Source: an uncultured Chloroflexia bacterium (GTDB taxonomy: Bacteria > Chloroflexota > Limnocylindria > QHBO01). From it: DNA of 64,000 nt. The notes under the pieces are model-generated. The model was not told where the DNA came from, made no database searches, and saw only the letters and a list, made by a program, of their open reading frames with translations. Positions 41,714 through 51,354 of the stretch are shown piece by piece (within the stretch, counting starts at the first letter, position 1; every line of letters starts with the position of its first letter). The position numbers and the translations under genes were made by a program. The stretch lies in assembly GCA_963825525.1 (NCBI GenBank), contig CAWGTN010000001.1:225787-289786 (forward strand). The letters run 5' to 3'.

Positions 41714-42415
41714 GTGGAGATCGTCGGGGCCGATGCACCGACCGCCGATCGGATTCGCGCGCGCCACGACCACTACCTGTCGCGCCTCCGCGAGGCCGCC
41801 TCGGCCAACGGGCATGACCCTGACCGGCTCCGGATCGTCGCGGTCACCAAGGGATGGCCGGTGGAGGTCGCCCGCCGGGCATCGGCCTCCGGCCTGACCG
41901 TTCTCGGCGAAAGCCGCGTCCAGGATGCCGAACCGAAGATCCTGGCGCTGCCGGATGTCGAGTGGCATTTCATCGGTCGACTCCAGTCGAACAAGGCGCG
42001 GCGAGCCATTCGGGGTTTCCACACCATCCACTCCGTCGATTCGGTTGCGCTGCTCCATCGGCTTGTCGACCTGGCCGCAGAGGAGGCGCGCCGCCCGCGG
42101 CTCCTCATGCAGGTCAACGTGAGCGGTGAGGACGCGAAGGCGGGCCTGGCACCGGACGAGCTGCTCGAGGTGTGCCCTGACCTCGTGCCGGATGCGATCG
42201 TCGGGTTGATGACCATGGCGCCGATGGGTGCCTCGGCCGAGGATGCGCGGGCGATCTTCAGCAAGCTTCGCGAGCTGCGTGACGCGGTCGAGCAGCTGGC
42301 CGGGTTCGCCCTCCCCGAACTGTCGATGGGGATGACCGCGGATGCCGAATCGGCGGCAGCCGAGGGCGCCACGCTGGTGAGGATCGGCACCGGTCTCTTC
42401 GGGCCTCGACCCTAG
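41714..42415 (+). CDS. yggS: PLP homeostasis protein
   Basis: IVAVTK, WHFIGRLQSNK, GLMTMAP, LSMGMT, GATLVRIGT. Confidence 0.94.
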   Translation: MEIVGADAPTADRIRARHDHYLSRLREAASANGHDPDRLRIVAVTKGWPVEVARRASASGLTVLGESRVQDAEPKILALPDVEWHFIGRLQSNKARRAIRGFHTIHSVDSVALLHRLVDLAAEEARRPRLLMQVNVSGEDAKAGLAPDELLEVCPDLVPDAIVGLMTMAPMGASAEDARAIFSKLRELRDAVEQLAGFALPELSMGMTADAESAAAEGATLVRIGTGLFGPRP

Positions 42416-42433
42416 ACCCTGTATTCTCGGCCG

Positions 42434-42685
42434 ATGACCGCCATGCTCGTCAACTTCATCCAGCTCCTTGCCTTCGTGCTGTGGTTGCTGCTCATCACCC
42501 GCGTGGTCCTCAGCTGGACGAACCCGCGCGGCGGTGGGGGACTGGTCGCCTTCATCTACCAGGCCACGGAGCCGATCCTTGCGCCGATACGCCGGCTCCT
42601 GCCTTCGTCAGGCGGAATGGATTGGTCGCCGCTGGTCGCGATGCTCATCCTTGGCCTGATCGTCCGCGTCGTCGTCCGCCTGTAG
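42434..42685 (+). CDS. yggT: YggT family membrane protein
   Basis: VLSW, TEPILAPIRRLLP..GMDWSP. Confidence 0.92.
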   Translation: MTAMLVNFIQLLAFVLWLLLITRVVLSWTNPRGGGGLVAFIYQATEPILAPIRRLLPSSGGMDWSPLVAMLILGLIVRVVVRL

Positions 42686-42788
42686 CGCGCTGTCTCGGCC
42701 GGATGCAGAACTTCCAGCCGTGCAGCGGCAACCCCGTCGGCCGATTGATGGGCCGCGCGGACGGCCGCTATACTGCGACCCCTTCCGA

Positions 42789-42865
<77 letters not shown>

Positions 42866-42887
42866 ACTTCGCCCCTCTGAGCGACGC

Positions 42888-43622
42888 GTGATCCCGCCCC
42901 GCGACCGGTCCGCCGCCGGCAACCCCGTCCCACCGTCCGAGATCAGGACGATGTTCGACCGGATCGCCCCGATCTACGACGCCATGAACAGCGTCATGAC
43001 CGCTGGCCTGGACGCCCGATGGCGTGCGGCCGCGGTTGCTGCCTGCGGCCTGCGCCCCGGGGACGCGGCGATCGACGTAGCGTGCGGGAGCGGGGCACTC
43101 ACCCGACTCCTGGCAGCGTGGGTCGGACGGGACGGGCGGGTCATGGGCGTCGACGCTTCGCGACCGATGCTGCGCGTCGCGAGACGTCGGCGAGCGGCCG
43201 CCGGAGCGGCACCCATCCGGTACGCGGCAGGCGACGCGCTGGCGCTTTCAGCGGCCGACGCGGAGTTCGACGCGACGACCATCGCCTTCGGCCTTCGCAA
43301 CGTGTCGGACTACGCGGGCTGCATCCGCGAGATGCGTCGAGTGACGCGGCGCGGCGGCCGGGTCGTGGTGCTGGAGCTGGCGGCGCCCGCGCGCGGGGTT
43401 GGGCGTGCCGTGGCGTCGACCTGGTTCGACCGAGCGGTGCCCATGCTCGGGCGGGTTGCCGGAGGTGGTGGCGCGTATCGGTACCTGCCGGCGAGCGTCC
43501 GTGGCTATCCGGCTCCCGACATCATTGCCACGATGATGCGCGAGTCCGGCCTCGAGCAGGTCGGGTGGCGACGACTGTGGCCGGGCCTCGTGACCCTCCA
43601 CGTCGGTCGTGTCGGCCCGTGA
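42888..43622 (+). CDS. menG: Demethylmenaquinone methyltransferase (UbiE/MenG family)
   Basis: MFDRIAPIYDAMN, DVACGSG, AFGLRNV, AYRYLPAS. Confidence 0.88.
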   Translation: MIPPRDRSAAGNPVPPSEIRTMFDRIAPIYDAMNSVMTAGLDARWRAAAVAACGLRPGDAAIDVACGSGALTRLLAAWVGRDGRVMGVDASRPMLRVARRRRAAAGAAPIRYAAGDALALSAADAEFDATTIAFGLRNVSDYAGCIREMRRVTRRGGRVVVLELAAPARGVGRAVASTWFDRAVPMLGRVAGGGGAYRYLPASVRGYPAPDIIATMMRESGLEQVGWRRLWPGLVTLHVGRVGP

Positions 43623-44839
43623 CGCTGCGGATCCTGCTGACGAGCGAGACCTACCTTCCGTACCTGTCCGGCGTGACGGTATCGGTCGATGCGCTGGCAC
43701 GCGGCCTCGGGGCGAGGGGTCACGAGGTCATGGTCGTAGCGCCGCGACCGTCGCGCGGCGACGATCCGGAGAGGGCCGGCTCGCCCGGTCCGGCCCCACG
43801 CTATTCGTGGGCGCCGTCGTACGCGCTGCCCAGGATCGCGCCACCCGGCCACCGAATGCCGTGGCCCGTTCCGTGGCACGCGGGCTGGAGGGAAGCTCGT
43901 CGATTTGCGCCCGACGTCGTCCATGCGCACTCGCCGTTCGTCAGCGGCGTCATGGCCCGCGGCATGGCACGGTCGAGCGGCGCGCCGCTGGTGTTCACGC
44001 ACCACACTCGCTTCGGCGATTACATGCACTACCTCGGACCGTTCGCCATCCCCGGTCGCGCGGTGACGAACGCGTGGCTTCGGGCATGGTGGCGTTCCTG
44101 TGCCGCGATCGTCGCCCCGTCCGAGGACCTTGCCGCCTCCATTCGCGCGCAGCTCGAAGGCAGGCAGTCGGACGCCGTGCACGTCGTTCCGACCGGGGTC
44201 GACGTTGCCGGCATCCGTTCGCTTGATCCACCCGACGTGCGCGCGATGGCCGGATGGCCGGCCGATGCGGTGGTGGTCGCCTCGCTCGGTCGGCTGGCAC
44301 CGGAGAAGAGCCCCGTCCTGTTGGTGGACGCCCTTGGACACGCAGCGCGTACGGATCCGCACCTGCACCTGATGGTCGTCGGCGGCGGCCCGCTGCTCGG
44401 GAGACTTCGGGAGCGGGCCGAGGCCACCATCCCGGGTCGTTCGTGGTTCACCGGCCCGTTGCCACGACTCGAAGCATTGGCCGCCGTGGCGGGCGCCGAC
44501 CTCTTCATCTTCACATCGCGATCCGAGACGCAGGGGCTCGTGCTGGCCGAGGCGCTCAGCGCGGGTCTGCCGGCCGTCGCGATCGATGGCCCCGGCGTCC
44601 GCGACTCCGTCCGTGACGGCGTCGATGGCGTGATCGTCTCGCCGACGCCCTCGGGCGACCTCCTGGGGCGGCTGAGCGCAGCGCTCGGTCTCCTGGCGGC
44701 CGATCCGGCGATGCGGTCGCGTCTCGCCCGTCGCGCCTCGGAAGATGCCGATCGGTTCGACGTCAGCCGACACGTGGAGCGAATCGAGGCGGTCTACCAC
44801 GCGGCCCTGGGCCGCGGAACGCCCCGCGTCGCCGGCTGA
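43619..44839 (+). CDS. GT4 glycosyltransferase (diacylglycerol glucosyltransferase-like)
   Basis: ETYLP..SGV, VHAHSPF, FTHHT, GRLAPEK, SRSETQGLVLAEA. Confidence 0.9.
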   Translation: MTLRILLTSETYLPYLSGVTVSVDALARGLGARGHEVMVVAPRPSRGDDPERAGSPGPAPRYSWAPSYALPRIAPPGHRMPWPVPWHAGWREARRFAPDVVHAHSPFVSGVMARGMARSSGAPLVFTHHTRFGDYMHYLGPFAIPGRAVTNAWLRAWWRSCAAIVAPSEDLAASIRAQLEGRQSDAVHVVPTGVDVAGIRSLDPPDVRAMAGWPADAVVVASLGRLAPEKSPVLLVDALGHAARTDPHLHLMVVGGGPLLGRLRERAEATIPGRSWFTGPLPRLEALAAVAGADLFIFTSRSETQGLVLAEALSAGLPAVAIDGPGVRDSVRDGVDGVIVSPTPSGDLLGRLSAALGLLAADPAMRSRLARRASEDADRFDVSRHVERIEAVYHAALGRGTPRVAG

Positions 44840-44853
44840 GATATCGTTCGCAC

Positions 44854-45978
44854 GTGCTCCACCGCGTTCTCGCCGTTGCGACATATCCCGGATACCTGCT
44901 CAACCGCCTCTTCGCCGGCCCGCTCGGCCGCGTGGGGCTCGGCAGGCTACCGGGGGCGGTGCCCATCGGCCTTGCCCTGGCCGCCCTGGCGATCAGCACG
45001 GGCCTCGCAACCGCGACGGCATACGAGGCTCGCCCCCGGGCGCTGCCCACCTCGGCGACCCAGATCGAGAGTGGCGACCTTGCCTCGGGGCTGTGGGTCG
45101 CGTTCGACGCCCTGTTGGTGGACGGACCGCACACGGCGACCGTCGAGGTCTTCTCGGGGCCCGAATCCAACTCGGTGCAGCGCGTGTACTACCTGGTGGT
45201 TGACCCCGACGCGCCCGACCGCGGGGTCATCGTCCGGGCACGAGGCCCAATCGAGTCTCTGCCGGCGCCCGGGTCGACGGCCCGCATCGACGGGACGATC
45301 ACCGAGGACGCGTTCAACCTCGGGAGCCTCCTCGAGGGATGGAACCTCGCGGCGACATACCCGGACGTTCGCTTCGGCGCGACGCGCGCGATCGCGTTCG
45401 GATTCTCGACCCCATGGGTGGAGCCGTCGTACGTCGCCACCATGGTCCTCGCCATCCTCGCGCTCGTCGCACTCGCCGGGGCACTCGTCCGACAGCCGAT
45501 TCTGCGCGCGTCCGCGGGCGGCGCCGGCACGACCGGCCTGACACCGATCTCCGCGCACGTCCACGGGTCCCTGCCGACCCCGCGTGGCGCGGTGCGCCTC
45601 GACGGGACTCCGGCCGAGCTGCAGTGGATGGATGTCGAGCAGGTGGCCAGGATCCGGTGGCGCTACTGGGGAGCCGCGCTCGGGGACATGCGGACCGCTG
45701 TTGAAACCGCGGTCCAAACCAGCGGGGCGGCCCGCGACAGGCTCATCCTCCACGGACCGACGGGATCACTGCTGTGGCCGATCGAGCGACCCGAGGGGCT
45801 CCGGGTGACCGCGGGCGATGCCTACCACGGCCATCGGCGCCGGGCCGCCATCGGCATCCGGGGTGACGACGCGGACGTGGTGCTCACCTTTGATGACGTG
45901 AGCGCCCGTGACGCCGCGCTGGCCGAGCTGCGCGCAGCTGGGGCAATCGGGCGCTCGGCGACAGACGTCAACGGATGA
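44854..45978 (+). CDS. Hypothetical membrane protein (two TMs flanking an extracytoplasmic domain)
   Basis: 374-aa ORF with two hydrophobic segments; TATCGT 6 nt before the GTG. Confidence 0.7.
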   Translation: MLHRVLAVATYPGYLLNRLFAGPLGRVGLGRLPGAVPIGLALAALAISTGLATATAYEARPRALPTSATQIESGDLASGLWVAFDALLVDGPHTATVEVFSGPESNSVQRVYYLVVDPDAPDRGVIVRARGPIESLPAPGSTARIDGTITEDAFNLGSLLEGWNLAATYPDVRFGATRAIAFGFSTPWVEPSYVATMVLAILALVALAGALVRQPILRASAGGAGTTGLTPISAHVHGSLPTPRGAVRLDGTPAELQWMDVEQVARIRWRYWGAALGDMRTAVETAVQTSGAARDRLILHGPTGSLLWPIERPEGLRVTAGDAYHGHRRRAAIGIRGDDADVVLTFDDVSARDAALAELRAAGAIGRSATDVNG

Positions 45979-46028
45979 CATGCGGCGATGGCCTTGCGCC
46001 GGCAGTGCGTCGGCGTACAATGCCGGCC

Positions 46029-46298
46029 ATGCGTGTGAGTCTGGTGGCCCGCTACGTGTCCCACCCAACCATCGACTTCGGAACGGCGCGCCGCACCGCG
46101 CACCGATCGCGCCTCGGCCTGCCCGTGGCGAACACGGTGTATCACCGCTCGAAGAGTGCGGTGACCTCGATGGCAACGGTGCAATCGCTCCGGTCACAGA
46201 CGAGCCGGTTCCGCTTCCCGGCGGTCGGTCACGCCCCGCGGCTGCCGGCCCGCCGTCCTGCGCTCCCGTTCGGGGTCCCGCGCGCTCGCCGCTCGTAA
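46029..46298 (+). CDS. Putative leaderless basic small protein (89 aa)
   Basis: TTGCGC-N16-TACAAT, then ATG 7 nt later; the ORF stops 9 nt before the NUDIX gene. Confidence 0.45.
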   Translation: MRVSLVARYVSHPTIDFGTARRTAHRSRLGLPVANTVYHRSKSAVTSMATVQSLRSQTSRFRFPAVGHAPRLPARRPALPFGVPRARRS

Positions 46299-46307
46299 CC
46301 GGTCCGG

Positions 46308-46760
46308 GTGCCCGCCCTGCGCAGCGCACGCGCCACATCGGCCGGCGGTGTCGTCTTTCGATTCATCGGCTCCCAACCCGAGGTCGTGATCGTCCATCGG
46401 CGACGCCCGTTGCTCTGGGCTCTGCCGAAGGGCACGCCGAACTCCGGCGAGACCATCGAGGAGACTGCACTCCGCGAGACGCGCGAAGAGACAGGGCTGG
46501 AGGTGGCCATCGAGGCGCCGATCAGCGCCATCCGCTACGTCTTCATCCGTGGCTCGACGCGATTCCACAAGACGGTGCACTTCTTCCTCATGCGGCCAGT
46601 CGGCGGCGATACCGAGCTGCATGATGCGGAGTTCGACGAGGTTCGCTGGGCACCGGGTTCCGAGGCCCTGGCGCTCCTCACCCATGAGACGGAACGCTCG
46701 GTACTCGAGCAGGCACTGACCATGATTCCCTCTCTCGGCAGCACGGAGGCGACCCGATGA
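46308..46760 (+). CDS. NUDIX hydrolase
   Basis: SAGGVV, WALPKG..GETIEETALRETREETGL Nudix box. Confidence 0.9.
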   Translation: MPALRSARATSAGGVVFRFIGSQPEVVIVHRRRPLLWALPKGTPNSGETIEETALRETREETGLEVAIEAPISAIRYVFIRGSTRFHKTVHFFLMRPVGGDTELHDAEFDEVRWAPGSEALALLTHETERSVLEQALTMIPSLGSTEATR

Positions 46761-47875
46761 CCGGCGATGACGCGACAACCCTGAAGCGGACGCCGCTCCA
46801 CGATCTGCACCGGTCGCTCGGCGCGCGCCTCGTGCCGTTCGCCGGCTACGAGATGCCGGTGCAGTACGACTCGATCATCGAGGAGCATCGCGCGGTTCGG
46901 TCGAGCGTCGGACTCTTCGACCTGTCGCACATGGGCGAGATCGAGGTCCGGGGCGAGGAGGTCGTCTCGTTCCTCCGTCACGCCCTGGTGAGCGATCCCG
47001 GTGCCCTGGAGCCTGGCCAGGCCCAGTACTCGATGGCGTGTGCGGCCGATGGCGGGATCATCGACGACCTGATCGTCTATCGGCGCAGCGATCACTTCCT
47101 GGTGGTGTGCAATGCCTCCAATCGATCCGCGGTCCTGGATCATCTGTCGGGCCTGCTCGAGCGCGGCGACTTCGCCGTCGAGATCGCGGATACGTCCGAC
47201 GGGACCGCGCTCGTTGCGCCGCAGGGTCCCCATGCGGCAGCGCTGCTGGCCGAGCTGACGGACGTCGATCTGGCGGCGATCGGCAACTATCGATCGGCCG
47301 AGGGAGACGTCGCCGGCGTCGCCTGCCTGATCGCGCGGACCGGCTATACCGGGGAGGACGGCTTCGAGCTGTTCTGCGAGGCAAAGAAGGCCCGGCAGGT
47401 GTGGGATGCGCTGACGACCCACGGGGAGCCGCACGGTCTCCGTCCCTGCGGGCTCGGGGCGCGCGACACGCTGCGCCTCGAGGCCGGCATGCCGCTGTAC
47501 GGAAACGAGCTGAGCCGCGAGACGAACCCGTTCGAGGTGAACCTCGGACGCGTCGTGAAGCTCGACAAGGGCGATTTCGTCGGTCGCGCCGCTCTGGCGG
47601 CGGTTCAGCAGACGGGACCCGAGCGCAAGCTCATCGGCCTTCGCATGGTCGAGAACGCCATCCCTCGCTCGGGGTATCCGGTGCTGGCCGACGGCGAGGT
47701 GGTTGGAGCGGTGACGAGCGGCACCCTGTCGCCGACCTCGGGCGAGAAGATCGCCATGGCACTCGTGCTCGCCGAGAGGGCTGGAGTGGGGAATCCGTTC
47801 GCGGTCGTGGTGCGCGAACGCCCGTACCAGGCGGAGCAGGTAAAGTTGCCGTTCTATCGGCGCCCGCGCGACTGA
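46757..47875 (+). CDS. gcvT: Glycine cleavage T protein
   Basis: KRTPLH, FAGYEMPVQY, FDLSHMG, RTGYTGEDGFE, GARDTLRLEAG. Confidence 0.96.
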   Translation: MTGDDATTLKRTPLHDLHRSLGARLVPFAGYEMPVQYDSIIEEHRAVRSSVGLFDLSHMGEIEVRGEEVVSFLRHALVSDPGALEPGQAQYSMACAADGGIIDDLIVYRRSDHFLVVCNASNRSAVLDHLSGLLERGDFAVEIADTSDGTALVAPQGPHAAALLAELTDVDLAAIGNYRSAEGDVAGVACLIARTGYTGEDGFELFCEAKKARQVWDALTTHGEPHGLRPCGLGARDTLRLEAGMPLYGNELSRETNPFEVNLGRVVKLDKGDFVGRAALAAVQQTGPERKLIGLRMVENAIPRSGYPVLADGEVVGAVTSGTLSPTSGEKIAMALVLAERAGVGNPFAVVVRERPYQAEQVKLPFYRRPRD

Positions 47876-47916
47876 GCCGCGGCAGCGCGCCAACACTGAG
47901 GAGGATCGACTCGCCG

Positions 47917-48294
47917 ATGGCCTACCCCGACGATCTGCGCTACTCAAGGGAGCACGAGTGGGTCCGCGTGGACGGCACACGCGCCACGATCGGGATCACG
48001 AGCTTCGCCGCCGATGAGCTGGGCGACATCGTGTTCATCGAGCTCCCGGAGACCGGCACCGCGCTGACCCAGTTCGCGACGTTCGGCGTGGTCGAGAGCG
48101 TCAAGGCCGTCAGCGACCTGTACTCGCCCGTGTCGGGCGAGGTCGTCGAGGTGAACGACGCGCTCCGCGACGCGCCCGAGCTCCTCAACGCCGATGCCTA
48201 CGGAGAAGGGTGGATCGCGCGGGTCGAGCTGTCGGACGTCGACCAGCTGGACGCGCTGATGGATGCCGCAGCCTACGCCGACGAAACCGGCTGA
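47917..48294 (+). CDS. gcvH: Glycine cleavage H protein
   Basis: GAGGAGG RBS; YSREHEWV, lipoyl motif VESVKAVSD. Confidence 0.96.
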   Translation: MAYPDDLRYSREHEWVRVDGTRATIGITSFAADELGDIVFIELPETGTALTQFATFGVVESVKAVSDLYSPVSGEVVEVNDALRDAPELLNADAYGEGWIARVELSDVDQLDALMDAAAYADETG

Positions 48295-48307
48295 AGGCCA
48301 CAGGCCC

Positions 48308-49645
48308 ATGAGCTACTCGCCACACACCGACGCGGATCGGCAGCAGATGCTCGACGCGATCGGCGTCGATTCGGTCGAGGACCTGTTCGACGACATCCCG
48401 GCATCAGTACGGGCCTCGACCTGGAGCGTGCCGCCTCCGCTGACCGAGCAGGAGGTTCGCGCTGAGCTCGCGCGCCTGGCCGGCCGCAACCACATCCCTG
48501 ACGTCAGCTTCCTCGGAGCGGGCGTCTACCGGCACCTCATCCCGGCCGTGGTGGGCGAGGTCATTGGCCGCCCGGAATTCGCGACGGCGTACACGCCGTA
48601 CCAGCCGGAGGTCAGCCAGGGCACGCTTCAGAGCATCTACGAGTTCCAATCGCTGATCTGCGAGCTCACCGGGATGGAGGTCGCGACCGCTTCGCACTAC
48701 GACGGGGCAACCGCGACCGCCGAAGCGGCGCTCATGGCGTGCCGCCTGACCCACCGGGACCGGGTGGCGGTGTCCGCCGGCGTGAGCCCCGACTACCGTC
48801 GCGTGCTCGAGACGTACTGCTCGGGTCCCGAGATCGAGGTCGTCACCGTGCCGGTCGACCTTGCGGACGGTGGGAGCGGAACCACGGATCCGGCGCTGAT
48901 CGGCGACCTCGGGGACGTGGCCTGCCTGATCGCGGCCCAGCCGAACTACTACGGGCAGCTCGAGCCGATGGAGCAGCTGGCCGACGCCGCCCACGAGATC
49001 GGAGCGCAGTTCGTGGCCGTGGTCGAGCCGACCTCGCTGGCGATCCTGGAGGCTCCGGGCGCGTACGGCGCGGACATCGTCACCGCCGAGGGACAGCCAC
49101 TCGGCATCCCGGTCAGCTTCGGTGGCCCGTACGTCGGGCTCATGGCCGCGCGCATGGCGTCGGTGCGGCAGATGCCTGGTCGCCTGGTCGGCGGGACGCG
49201 GGATGCGGAGGGCCGCCGGGGCTATGTCCTCACGCTGCAGGCCCGCGAGCAGCACATCCGGCGTGAGAAGGCGGCGAGCAACATCTGCACGAACCAGGCG
49301 CTGATGGCGCTGGCCGCCACGGCGTACCTGACCGCGGTCGGGCCGCAGGGGCTGCGCGAGGTCGCCGAGCTCTCGATGCAGCAGGCACGCCATCTCGTCG
49401 GCGCGCTCGAGGGGGCGGATCTGGCTCATCGCCGATTCGGCGGGGTGTACCTCAACGAGGTCGCGCTGCGTGTCCCGGATGCGCGGCGCCGCCACGCGGC
49501 GCTGGCCGAGATGGGGATCGTCGCCGGCCTCGCACTGGAGGTCGATGAGCCCGCGCTCGAGGACACGCTCCTCCTCGCCACCACCGAGCTCACCACGGAC
49601 GACGACATCGCGCGGCTGATCGCCGCGCTCGAGGAGACACGATGA
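48308..49645 (+). CDS. gcvPA: Glycine dehydrogenase subunit 1
   Basis: SFLGAG, YTPYQPEVSQG, REQHIRREKAASNICTNQAL. Confidence 0.95.
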   Translation: MSYSPHTDADRQQMLDAIGVDSVEDLFDDIPASVRASTWSVPPPLTEQEVRAELARLAGRNHIPDVSFLGAGVYRHLIPAVVGEVIGRPEFATAYTPYQPEVSQGTLQSIYEFQSLICELTGMEVATASHYDGATATAEAALMACRLTHRDRVAVSAGVSPDYRRVLETYCSGPEIEVVTVPVDLADGGSGTTDPALIGDLGDVACLIAAQPNYYGQLEPMEQLADAAHEIGAQFVAVVEPTSLAILEAPGAYGADIVTAEGQPLGIPVSFGGPYVGLMAARMASVRQMPGRLVGGTRDAEGRRGYVLTLQAREQHIRREKAASNICTNQALMALAATAYLTAVGPQGLREVAELSMQQARHLVGALEGADLAHRRFGGVYLNEVALRVPDARRRHAALAEMGIVAGLALEVDEPALEDTLLLATTELTTDDDIARLIAALEETR

Positions 49646-51309
49646 GCGCCGCCGAGGCTCCGCCACGAGGCGACGGCTCGGGTCGCGGTGCGGCCTTCTC
49701 GGGTCCAACCTCGGGCGATGAGCTCACGATCGTGGAGCCGCTGATCTTCGATCGATCGCGGCCGGAGCGCCGCGCCGTGCGGTTTCCATCGGCTTCAGAC
49801 GAGGCGCGGCGCGCCGCCGATGGCCAGCCGGCCGTACCGGCCGCGCTGCAGCGCGCCACCCAGCCGCGTCTGCCCGAGGTGAGCGAGCTCGACATGCTGC
49901 GTCACTTCAACCGGCTCGCCCACCTCAACCAGGCCATCGATCTCAACTTCTATCCCCTTGGGTCGTGCACGATGAAGTACAACCCGAAGGTCAACGAGTG
50001 GGCCGCCCGACTTCCCGGTCTGGCGGAGTCGCACCCGTGGGATCCGCAGGCCCTGAGCCAGGGCAGTCTCGAGCTCATGTGGTTGCTTGCCGAGCTGCTC
50101 GGTGACATCAGCGGCTTTCCGGCCATCAGCCTCCAGCCGGCGGCGGGGGCCCACGGCGAGCTGACCGGGATGCTCATGACCCGGGCCTTCCACCGGGCCA
50201 ATGGGGAGGGGGCGCAGCGCACGAAGGTGCTCGTGCCGGACAGTGCGCACGGCACGAACCCGGCGACGGCCACCATGGTCGGCTACCAGACGGTCACCAT
50301 CCGCTCCAACGAGCGTGGCGGGATCGACCTGGACGCGCTGCGATCGGCGCTCGGCCCGGACGTCGCGGCGCTCATGATCACGAATCCGTCGACGCTCGGC
50401 ATCTTCGAGGATCAGATCGACCAGGTCATCGCGGCGGTCCGGGATGCCGGCGCGATCTCGTACATGGACGGCGCGAATCTCAACGCCATCCTGGGCCGCT
50501 TCCGGCCCGGCGAGGCAGGATTCGACGTCATGCACTTCAACCTCCACAAGACGTTCAGCACGCCACATGGCGGCGGCGGCCCGGGGGCGGGCCCGGTCGG
50601 GGTCAGCCGTCGGCTCGAGCCATTCCTCCCGAAGCCGATGCCGGTGCTGGTCGAAGGCGATCCGGCCACGGTGCGCGCCAATGCATGGGCCGGGCGCTCG
50701 ACGCCGGGGGCCAGGTTCGCACTCGACGACGATCGGCCGCAGAGCATCGGCAAGGTGCGTTCGCTGTTCGGCAACTTCGGGATGTTCGTGCGTGCCTACA
50801 CCTACATCCGCAGCAACGGCGACGCGGGCCTGCGTGCGATCAGCGAGGACGCCGTGATGGCGGCGAACTACCTGCGGGTCCGGCTCCACGACGTCTACGA
50901 CCTGCCGTACGACCGCCTGAGCAAGCACGAGGTGGTCTTCAGCGGCCGCCGCCAGAAGCGGGAGCACGGCGTCACCACGCTCGACATCGCGAAGGCCATC
51001 CTTGATCGCGGGATCCATCCGCCGACGATCTACTTCCCGCTCATCGTCGAGGAGGCCCTCATGATCGAGCCCACCGAGACGGAGAGCGTGGAGACGCTGG
51101 ACCACTTCGTGGGGGTCATGCGCGACATCGCCGAGCAGGCCGCATCCGATCCCGCTGCGCTGAAGCGGGCCCCCGTCACCACCCCGGTCGGACGCCTGGA
51201 CGAGGCCGGGGCCGCTCGGCGGCCTGACCTCCGCTACGGTCATCCCGAGCTGACCGGTGAAGCATCCGACGCTTCTCGACGGCCTCCGACAGGCGGACCG
51301 ACCACCTGA
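49642..51309 (+). CDS. gcvPB: Glycine dehydrogenase subunit 2
   Basis: PLGSCTMKYNP, SAHGTNPA, HFNLHKTFSTPHGGGGPG, MIEPTETES. Confidence 0.95.
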   Translation: MSAAEAPPRGDGSGRGAAFSGPTSGDELTIVEPLIFDRSRPERRAVRFPSASDEARRAADGQPAVPAALQRATQPRLPEVSELDMLRHFNRLAHLNQAIDLNFYPLGSCTMKYNPKVNEWAARLPGLAESHPWDPQALSQGSLELMWLLAELLGDISGFPAISLQPAAGAHGELTGMLMTRAFHRANGEGAQRTKVLVPDSAHGTNPATATMVGYQTVTIRSNERGGIDLDALRSALGPDVAALMITNPSTLGIFEDQIDQVIAAVRDAGAISYMDGANLNAILGRFRPGEAGFDVMHFNLHKTFSTPHGGGGPGAGPVGVSRRLEPFLPKPMPVLVEGDPATVRANAWAGRSTPGARFALDDDRPQSIGKVRSLFGNFGMFVRAYTYIRSNGDAGLRAISEDAVMAANYLRVRLHDVYDLPYDRLSKHEVVFSGRRQKREHGVTTLDIAKAILDRGIHPPTIYFPLIVEEALMIEPTETESVETLDHFVGVMRDIAEQAASDPAALKRAPVTTPVGRLDEAGAARRPDLRYGHPELTGEASDASRRPPTGGPTT

Positions 51310-51326
51310 CATGCGGCGGCCGAGAC

Positions 51327-51352
51327 TGAACCAATCTGGACATCGGCGCGTA
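51327..51352 (+). promoter_or_regulatory. Putative autoregulatory ECF promoter
   Basis: TGAACC-N16-CGTA directly upstream of the ECF sigma gene. Confidence 0.55.
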
Positions 51353-51354
51353 CT

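Noticed and set aside
45980-46757. Glycine riboswitch upstream of gcvT
   Set aside because: No GGAGA..CCGAAG..CTCTCAGG aptamer motifs were found.
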